Origin: Alkanindiges sp. WGS2144
Lineage (GTDB): Bacteria; Pseudomonadota; Gammaproteobacteria; Pseudomonadales; Moraxellaceae
Direction: 5' to 3' (one strand)
Length of the DNA stretch: 32,000 nt
NCBI RefSeq assembly: GCF_043950625.1
Contig: NZ_CP171007.1
Shown in pieces: positions 26,175 to 32,000 of this stretch (positions are counted from its first letter, which is position 1; each line of letters begins with the position of its first letter). Made by a program: the position numbers and the translations under genes. The notes below the pieces were generated by a model. It searched no databases. It had not been told where the DNA came from and was given only the letters and a program-made list of their open reading frames with translations.

Positions 26175-27281
26175 ATGCAGCTCAACAGTGTTGAAGAGCT
26201 AATTGCTGATATTCGTGCCGGTCGCATGGTCATTTTAATGGATGACGAAGATCGCGAGAATGAAGGTGATTTAATCATGGCCGCCAGCCATGTACGCCCT
26301 GAAGATATTAACTTCATGATCACGCATGCGCGTGGGCTGGTATGTCTGACCCTAAGCCGCGAGCGCTGCCAGCAGCTGGACTTGCCGCTCATGGTTGAGC
26401 GTAATGGTGCGCAGCATGGCACCAATTTCACCTTGTCGATTGAAGCGGCTGAAGGTATTTCCACCGGAATTTCAGCGGCAGAACGGGCACGTACCATTCA
26501 GGCTGCGGTAGCGCCACTTGCCAAGCCCTCCGATATTGTACAGCCCGGTCATATTTTTCCATTGATGGCACAACCAGGTGGCGTGCTGCATCGTGCAGGT
26601 CATACAGAAGCGGGCAGTGACCTGGCACGGCTGGCTGGCCTTGAGCCGGCGTCGGTCATTTGTGAAGTGATCAAGGAAGATGGTGAGATGGCTCGCCGTC
26701 CTGATCTGGAAGTTTTTGCACAAAAACATGGCATTAAAATTGGCACCATTGCTGACTTGATCCATTACCGCATGACGCACGAACAAACAATAGAATGTCT
26801 GGATGAGCAAGCGTTAAATACAGATTATGGCCAGTTCAGGTTGCGTCGTTATCGTGAGCTTGGCAGCCCTGATATTCATGTGGCATTGATTAAAGGCGAC
26901 CCGCGTGATGGCATAAGTACCGTGCGGGTGCATGGCTTTAACCCGGTGCGTGATTTGCTGCATGTCCAGCAGGACAGCCCAGCTTGGCATCTGGACAGTA
27001 TCCTTAAAACCATTGCGGCCAGCGAGCGCGGTGTACTGGTATGGATTGGACAGCCTGTACTGGAGGATCTGGGTGCAGCCCTGGGCAATCTGACCCGGCA
27101 GGAGATTAAGCCGTCTTCCAAAGCGTTATCACAGCAGTATCGTACCATTGGGGTAGGCGCACAGATTTTGCGTGATGTCGGGGTACAAAAAATGCGTTTG
27201 CTGAGTTCACCCCTGCGTTTTAATGCCTTATCCGGTTTTGATCTGGAAGTGGTGGAATACGTTTCTCCTGAGCGAGGATAA
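26175..27281 (+). CDS. ribBA: 3,4-dihydroxy-2-butanone-4-phosphate synthase fused to a GTP-cyclohydrolase-II-like C-terminal domain
   Basis: The N-terminal RibB pattern is MVILMDDEDRENEGDLIMAA..THARGLVC. The C-terminal ~165 aa resemble the RibA fold but lack the Cys-rich zinc site: they read VRVHGFNPVRDLLHVQ where active enzymes have HSECLTGD...C.C. Confidence 0.88.
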   Translation: MQLNSVEELIADIRAGRMVILMDDEDRENEGDLIMAASHVRPEDINFMITHARGLVCLTLSRERCQQLDLPLMVERNGAQHGTNFTLSIEAAEGISTGISAAERARTIQAAVAPLAKPSDIVQPGHIFPLMAQPGGVLHRAGHTEAGSDLARLAGLEPASVICEVIKEDGEMARRPDLEVFAQKHGIKIGTIADLIHYRMTHEQTIECLDEQALNTDYGQFRLRRYRELGSPDIHVALIKGDPRDGISTVRVHGFNPVRDLLHVQQDSPAWHLDSILKTIAASERGVLVWIGQPVLEDLGAALGNLTRQEIKPSSKALSQQYRTIGVGAQILRDVGVQKMRLLSSPLRFNALSGFDLEVVEYVSPERG

Positions 27282-27390
27282 AGCAGAGCAACGCTCTGCC
27301 CGAGCGCAAGGCGAGCAGCTATGCTGCGAGTGACGAGGATAAAGCAAACTTAAAGCACTGCTTTAAGGCGCTGCCCGAGTGCAAGAGTAT
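27266..27390 (+). repeat. imperfect tandem duplication spanning the ribBA stop codon, each copy with its own hairpin
   Basis: CGAGGATAAAGCA occurs at 27273-27285 and 27334-27346. CTGCCCGAG[C/T]GCAAG occurs at 27296-27310 and 27371-27385. Between these blocks, copy 1 has the hairpin GCAGAGC-AAC-GCTCTGC (27283-27299) and copy 2 has CTTAAAGC-ACT-GCTTTAAG (27349-27367). Confidence 0.85.
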
Positions 27391-27479
27391 AGCCTAAACA
27401 AACACGACGCCCCACAGGTCAGGTATATACAAATCCTGTTATTAGCTGACTAACGGTTTATTATTTTTTGAGGTTCACC

Positions 27480-27950
27480 ATGAGTATTCGCAATATTGAA
27501 GGGCAAATGAATCAGGCAGACAAGGACCGTTATGCCATTGTTGTTGGACGCTTTAACAGCTTTGTGGTTGAACATTTGCTGGATGGCGCAGTAGACACCC
27601 TCAAGCGCCATGGCGTTGCTGCGGCCAACATTACTGTGATTCGTGCGCCAGGTGCCTGGGAGTTGCCCGTGGTCGCCAAAAAACTGGCTACCACAGGTCA
27701 TTATGATGCCATTATTGCGCTGGGCGCAGTGATTCGCGGCAGTACTCCACATTTTGATTTTGTGGCGGGCGAGTGTGCCAAGGGGCTTGGCGTGGTGGGT
27801 CTTGAGCACAGCCTGCCAGTAATTAATGGCGTGCTGACTACCGATACCATTGAGCAGGCTATCGAGCGCTCTGGCACCAAGGCTGGCAATAAGGGCAGTG
27901 AGGCGGCTTTGACAGCCATCGAAATGGTTAACTTGCTCAAGGCGATTTAA
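27480..27950 (+). CDS. ribH: 6,7-dimethyl-8-ribityllumazine synthase
   Basis: ATG 27480 follows TGAGGT; the track starts at TTG 27468. It has the blocks IVVGRFN..V...L..GA...L..HGV, V.GA.E.P and G.VIRG.T.HF..V. Confidence 0.93.
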   Translation: MSIRNIEGQMNQADKDRYAIVVGRFNSFVVEHLLDGAVDTLKRHGVAAANITVIRAPGAWELPVVAKKLATTGHYDAIIALGAVIRGSTPHFDFVAGECAKGLGVVGLEHSLPVINGVLTTDTIEQAIERSGTKAGNKGSEAALTAIEMVNLLKAI

Positions 27951-28415
27951 ATGACAGAACAGCAAGGTTTTTTTAAATATCCCACCACCTTTGCCGCTAA
28001 ACGCAAGGCCAGGCGTTTTGCCTTGCAAGGTCTGTATGAGTGGCAAATGACCAAGAACCCGGTGCATGAGATTGAAGCGCGTACCCGTGCGGAAAATGCC
28101 ATGCACAAGGTTGATATTGCCTATTATCATGAGTTGCTGACTCAGGTATCCCGGCAGGCAACTGCACTGGATGAGCTGTTTAAGCCCTTACTGGATCGTG
28201 ATATTGCCGCGCTGGATGGCGTGGAACTGGCCGTATTACGTCTAGGCAGCTATGAGATGCGTGACCGGCTGGAAATTCCCTATAAGGTCGTGCTGGATGA
28301 GTCTATTGAGTTGACCAAGCATTTTGGTGCGACTGACAGCCATAAATATGTTAATGGCGTGCTGGACCGGTTAGCACAGCAATTACGGGCAGTGGAGAAA
28401 AAAGCCCAGCATTAG
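27951..28415 (+). CDS. nusB: transcription antitermination factor NusB
   Basis: The ATG directly abuts the ribH stop (TAAATG). It has [15 protein letters not shown] and a C-terminal FVNGVLD motif. Confidence 0.93.
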   Translation: MTEQQGFFKYPTTFAAKRKARRFALQGLYEWQMTKNPVHEIEARTRAENAMHKVDIAYYHELLTQVSRQATALDELFKPLLDRDIAALDGVELAVLRLGSYEMRDRLEIPYKVVLDESIELTKHFGATDSHKYVNGVLDRLAQQLRAVEKKAQH

Positions 28416-28580
28416 AATCGCGCTGAGGTGTGCAGGATATAAATGGCGACTGAACATTGGTAGCTGTATTAAATCAGTCGATGAGCAGCTTATTGATTAG
28501 CAAATGTTTTTGGTAATTTCCGGCTAATTGTAGCAAATTTAATCACGTAGTTTAAAAATGAGAATTCATTGAGGTAAATT

Positions 28581-28937
28581 ATGGCCAAACTTTGCTTGGA
28601 AGCCTTGAGTGATATTGATGGGTTCATGGCCGTCGCGCTGGTGGATTCAACTAGTGGACAAGCTGTGGCGACGCTGGGCACTGGTATTAACCTGGAGCTG
28701 GCAGCGGCAGGAAATGCCGAGGTATTATTGGCAAAGCGTAAGGTTGCCCGCTCCCTGGAGCTTGATGATGAGATCGAGGATATTTTAATTAGCTTGCGCA
28801 AGCAGTATCATTTAATCCGACCTTTAGTGCGTAACCCGGATTTTTTCCTATATTTGGTTCTGGATCGCTCTAAAGCCAATCTAGCCATGGCACGTCATGA
28901 GCTGCGCACTTTTGAAAGCCAGCTTGATTTTTCATGA
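28581..28937 (+). CDS. small cytoplasmic protein with a Roadblock/LC7 (MglB-like) sequence pattern
   Basis: 118 aa, with GAGG 7 nt upstream of the ATG. The pattern L..L..IDGFMAVALVD..SGQ..A.......ELAAAGNAEV........L.L.D...DILISL...YHLIRPL....FFLYLVLD...ANLAMAR..L resembles the Robl_LC7 alpha-beta-beta-alpha-beta layout. This is an assignment from memory, not from a search. Confidence 0.6.
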   Translation: MAKLCLEALSDIDGFMAVALVDSTSGQAVATLGTGINLELAAAGNAEVLLAKRKVARSLELDDEIEDILISLRKQYHLIRPLVRNPDFFLYLVLDRSKANLAMARHELRTFESQLDFS

Positions 28938-29006
28938 CTGGCCTGAAGCATCTGACCCTGTAGCCTTTATGGCTGATTTTTTAATAAAACTGGCTTAAAC
29001 CAGGCT

Positions 29007-29954
29007 ATGAATGAATTTGAACTGATTCAGAAATATTTCAAGCAGTCAGATGCTACCAAAAGCCCATCTGCCACGGTGCTGGGTATTGGCGATGATGCGG
29101 CCATTATTCAGCCACCATCCGGCAAGCAACTGGTCATTACCAGTGATACCCTGGTTGCCGGAAGACACTTTCCTATACAGACACCTGCTCATGCTATTGG
29201 CTGGAAAGCCGCTGCGGTTAATTTGTCCGATATTGCAGCGATGGGTGCTACGCCTTATGCGGTGCTACTGGCCATTAGTTTGCCTGAACCTGCCCTGCCC
29301 TGGCTGGCGCAGTTTAGCCGCGGTTTTTTTGAGTGTTGTGCGCCAGAGCAGGTACAGCTGATTGGCGGGGACACCACCAAAAGTCCGCTGTTGAGCATTA
29401 CGGTGACGGCGCTGGGCTGGGTCGAAGCCGGTGAGGCTATCCGGCGTGATGGGGCAACAGCCGGAGATATGATTATAGTCTCCAATACCCTGGGCGATGC
29501 AGCCTATGCCTTAAACCATCCTGATAGCTTGCTACAAAAGCGGCTGGATTATCCAGAGCCTCAATCACAACTGGGTAAGGCATTATGTGGCTATGCCAGT
29601 AGCATGCTGGATATTTCCGATGGCCTGGGGCAGGATCTGGGCCATATTCTGGCAGCTAGTGGGGTAGGCGCCAGGCTGTATCTGGACAAGCTGCCATTAT
29701 CGCCATTGTTACAACAGTTACCGCGTGAGCAGGCCTGGCAGCTGGCCTTAAATGGCGGCGATGATTATGAGCTGTGTTTTACCATCAGTCCGCAAAACTA
29801 TGAGCAGTTTCAATTAAAATATGCCCATCAATTTCAACTACAGTGTATCGGCACCGTTGTCGCTCCTCCAGGATTAGAGTTGCTGCATCACGGGCAGCCG
29901 CTTCGCATGAATATAAACGGATATCAGCATTTTGACCACGCAGCCAGACCATAA
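29007..29954 (+). CDS. thiL: thiamine-monophosphate kinase
   Basis: 315 aa. It begins MNEFELIQKYF, then has GDDAA, SDTLVAGRHF and NLSDIAAMGA, which match the AIR-synthase-related ThiL pattern. Confidence 0.92.
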   Translation: MNEFELIQKYFKQSDATKSPSATVLGIGDDAAIIQPPSGKQLVITSDTLVAGRHFPIQTPAHAIGWKAAAVNLSDIAAMGATPYAVLLAISLPEPALPWLAQFSRGFFECCAPEQVQLIGGDTTKSPLLSITVTALGWVEAGEAIRRDGATAGDMIIVSNTLGDAAYALNHPDSLLQKRLDYPEPQSQLGKALCGYASSMLDISDGLGQDLGHILAASGVGARLYLDKLPLSPLLQQLPREQAWQLALNGGDDYELCFTISPQNYEQFQLKYAHQFQLQCIGTVVAPPGLELLHHGQPLRMNINGYQHFDHAARP

Positions 29955-30450
29955 GCCAGCAATTCATTTTTCCAGATTGAGCTTAAGCCAGCAGATTATT
30001 TATGCGCTGGGTACTGGCTTTGGCACGGGTCTGGCACCTAAAGCGCCGGGTACAGTTTCCTCGGCAGCGGTTTTATTACTGGTGCCGTTGTGGGTGTGGC
30101 TGGGGTTTTATAGCAGTCTGGGGCTTATCGTGCTGATGAGTATTGTTGGCATCTGGATTTGTGGCCGTACGGCACAGATGATGCAGGTACATGACGACTC
30201 ACGCATTGTATGGGATGAATTTGCCGGGCAAAGCATTGCCTTATTGCCTTTGCTATTGCTTGATCAGGTGAGCTGGCTGGGCGTGCTGCTGGCATTTGTT
30301 GTATTTCGTTTATTCGATGTCTGGAAACCCTGGCCAATTCGCTTGGCGGATTACCATATTCATGGCGGTTTTGGTATTATGCTCGACGATATTTTGGCAG
30401 GATTGATGGCTGCTGTAGTGATATATGCAGGTTTTATCGTTGCCCTTTAA
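29932..30450 (+). CDS. pgpA: phosphatidylglycerophosphatase A
   Basis: Blocks GTGFGTGLAPKAPGT, DDSRIVWDEFAGQ, FRLFDVWKPWPI and GGFGIMLDDILAG are colinear with E. coli PgpA. There is no in-frame ATG near the N-terminus. The TTG start at 29932 overlaps the thiL end by 23 nt and is uncertain. Confidence 0.88.
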   Translation: MTTQPDHKPAIHFSRLSLSQQIIYALGTGFGTGLAPKAPGTVSSAAVLLLVPLWVWLGFYSSLGLIVLMSIVGIWICGRTAQMMQVHDDSRIVWDEFAGQSIALLPLLLLDQVSWLGVLLAFVVFRLFDVWKPWPIRLADYHIHGGFGIMLDDILAGLMAAVVIYAGFIVAL

Positions 30451-30477
30451 TTAATTTCCCATAAGGTCTAAATAAGC

Positions 30478-31833
30478 GTGACATTATCTGTAATTATTCT
30501 GGCTGCTGGTAAGGGCACCCGCATGAATTCGCGGTTGCCAAAAGTATTGCAGCCGCTGGCCGGAAAGCCCTTACTGGGTCACGTGCTTGAACAGGCTGCC
30601 CACTTGCAGGCTGAGCGCATTATTGCAGTGATTGGTCATGGCAGTGAGCAGGTTAAGGCAGCTTTTGCTGACCAGCCAGTGCAATGGGTGGAGCAAACCG
30701 AGCAGTTAGGCACTGGTCATGCGGTACAGGTGACTTTGCCAGTATTGCCTGCTACAGGGCAGAGCCTGATTTTGTATGGTGATGTGCCGCTGATACGTGC
30801 TGAAACCCTGCAACAGTTACAGGCTGCTGCCAGCTCCGGTATTGCCATGATGACTTTAACGGTGGATAACCCAACAGGCTATGGCCGGATTGTGCGGGAC
30901 AGTGGCAAGATTCAGCGCATTGTGGAGCATAAGGATGCCACTGAACAACAGCGCCAGATTAATGAAGTCAACACCGGCATTTACTGCGTGGACAACGCCT
31001 GCCTGCATCGCTGGTTACCCAAACTTTCTAATAATAATGCCCAGGGTGAATATTATCTGACTGATATTGTTGAAATGGCGGTGGCAGATGGGCTGGATAT
31101 TGGTAGTGTGCAGCCGGAATTTGACTTTGAAGTAGAAGGTGTCAATGATCGCCTGCAGCTGGCAAATCTTGAGCGTCGTTATCAGGTGCATCAGGCAGAG
31201 CAGTTGCTAAAGGCAGGGGTGACCCTGGCTGACCCGGCACGTTTTGATCTGCGCGGATGCTTAAGCACTGGCCAGGATGTACGCATTGATGTCAATGTCA
31301 TTATAGAAGGCGATTGCCATTTGGGTGATGGCGTGCACATTGGTGCAGGCTGCGTGTTGAAAAATGTCAGGATTGGCGCGGATACCATAATTTTGCCGTA
31401 CAGTATTCTGGATACTGTGACGGTAGGGGCAGAGGCGCATGTTGGCCCATTTGCCCGCTTGCGACCAGGTACCTTACTTGCCAATCAGGTGCATGTGGGC
31501 AATTTTGTGGAAATTAAAAACTCACAGGTCGGCACTGGTAGCAAAGCCAACCATCTGGCCTATATTGGTGATGCTGTGATTGGTTCAGGGAGCAATATTG
31601 GCGCAGGCACTATTACCTGTAACTATGATGGTGCCAATAAGCACAAAACCATTATTGGCGATCAGGCTTTTATTGGTTCCAATTCATCTCTGGTGGCACC
31701 GGTAAGCATTGGTCATGGTGCAACTGTAGGCGCAGGTTCCGTGGTGACCAAAGAAGTCCCACAAGGAACATTAGCCGTTGCGCGTGGTCAACAGCGTCAT
31801 ATTGAAAATTATCAGCGTCCTGTTAAAAAATAA
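30478..31833 (+). CDS. glmU: bifunctional UDP-N-acetylglucosamine pyrophosphorylase / glucosamine-1-phosphate N-acetyltransferase
   Basis: GTG start. It has LAAGKGTRM, the LbH hexapeptide repeats in the C-terminal half, and a length of 451 aa. Confidence 0.95.
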   Translation: MTLSVIILAAGKGTRMNSRLPKVLQPLAGKPLLGHVLEQAAHLQAERIIAVIGHGSEQVKAAFADQPVQWVEQTEQLGTGHAVQVTLPVLPATGQSLILYGDVPLIRAETLQQLQAAASSGIAMMTLTVDNPTGYGRIVRDSGKIQRIVEHKDATEQQRQINEVNTGIYCVDNACLHRWLPKLSNNNAQGEYYLTDIVEMAVADGLDIGSVQPEFDFEVEGVNDRLQLANLERRYQVHQAEQLLKAGVTLADPARFDLRGCLSTGQDVRIDVNVIIEGDCHLGDGVHIGAGCVLKNVRIGADTIILPYSILDTVTVGAEAHVGPFARLRPGTLLANQVHVGNFVEIKNSQVGTGSKANHLAYIGDAVIGSGSNIGAGTITCNYDGANKHKTIIGDQAFIGSNSSLVAPVSIGHGATVGAGSVVTKEVPQGTLAVARGQQRHIENYQRPVKK

Positions 31834-31844
31834 GAGAAATTGCT

Positions 31845-32000
31845 ATGTGCGGTATTGTTGGTGGAATTGCAGAGCGCCATCTGGCGGCGGTATTAATTGA
31901 AGGCTTAAAAAAACTGGAGTATCGTGGCTATGATTCTGCTGGGCTGGCTTTGCTGGATCAAGGTAGGATTAGCCGTGCCCGTGAAGCTGGTAAAGTGGCG
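31845..32000 (+). CDS. glmS: glutamine--fructose-6-phosphate aminotransferase, N-terminal 52 codons (runs off the right edge)
   Basis: Not in the ORF track. Manual translation gives [38 protein letters not shown], with the Ntn-amidotransferase MCGIVG start. It begins 11 nt after glmU. Confidence 0.93.
   Translation, partial: MCGIVGGIAERHLAAVLIEGLKKLEYRGYDSAGLALLDQGRISRAREAGKVA

Noticed and set aside
26024-26497. 157-aa minus-strand ORF overlapping the ribBA start
   Set aside because: It is antisense to the strongly conserved RibB N-terminus and has an S/R-rich shadow-frame composition.
27340-27375. NusB/NusE boxA-like element (TGCTTTAAGG) upstream of ribH-nusB
   Set aside because: It matches only about 8 of 12 positions of the boxA consensus TGCTCTTTAACAA, and it lies inside a perfect hairpin stem. 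This is too weak to call.
27450-28130. 226-aa minus-strand ORF
   Set aside because: It is fully antisense to the well-supported ribH and nusB genes, with no recognisable motifs. It is a typical shadow ORF.

Overview
This window is a housekeeping chromosomal segment of a gammaproteobacterium, densely packed with about 33 protein genes on both strands. The gene order looks Pseudomonadales/Moraxellaceae-like (grpE-dnaK without dnaJ, ribBA-ribH-nusB-thiL-pgpA, and a long ACT-domain SerB), but this is tentative and not computed.

Recognised genes, left to right:
- purine permease (partial) and guaD
- mpl, a DUF486/DMT membrane protein, and a periplasmic EF-hand protein
- purE-purK
- an MltB-type lytic transglycosylase, a DUF815 ATPase, and a matrixin-like metalloprotease
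- dnaK and grpE
- a YceI-like protein and a nitroreductase
- psd, a rhodanese and dtd
- an orphan secreted protein
- bioF, bioB and an SCP2-domain protein
- a small membrane protein
- serB and a YtjB/Smp-like membrane protein
- a UPF0016/GDT1 cation transporter
- ribBA, ribH and nusB
- a small Roadblock/LC7-like protein
- thiL, pgpA, glmU and glmS (partial)

Many track ORFs carry spurious N-terminal extensions or are antisense shadows. I trimmed starts where an internal ATG with a Shine-Dalgarno sequence and a family-typical N-terminus was visible.

I saw no tRNA or rRNA genes, IS elements, integrases, CRISPR arrays, or any recognisable multi-gene defence or secretion system. I cannot honestly point to a clear new multi-gene system here.

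The material the CDS map does not explain is:
1. An 895-bp gene-free island between purK and the transglycosylase. It contains an orphan terminator, a perfect 13-copy hexanucleotide microsatellite, and an AT-rich array of TTTAAATTCAAA-type palindromes and iterons.
2. A candidate yybP-ykoY (Mn2+) riboswitch in front of the UPF0016 gene.
3. A matrixin protease split by a ~130-aa Q-rich coiled coil.
4. An orphan Roadblock-like gene wedged between nusB and thiL.
5. A double-length YtjB homologue.
6. A structured tandem duplication spanning the ribBA stop codon.

Everything is based on reading the sequence and recalling family motifs. No searches or statistics were run.
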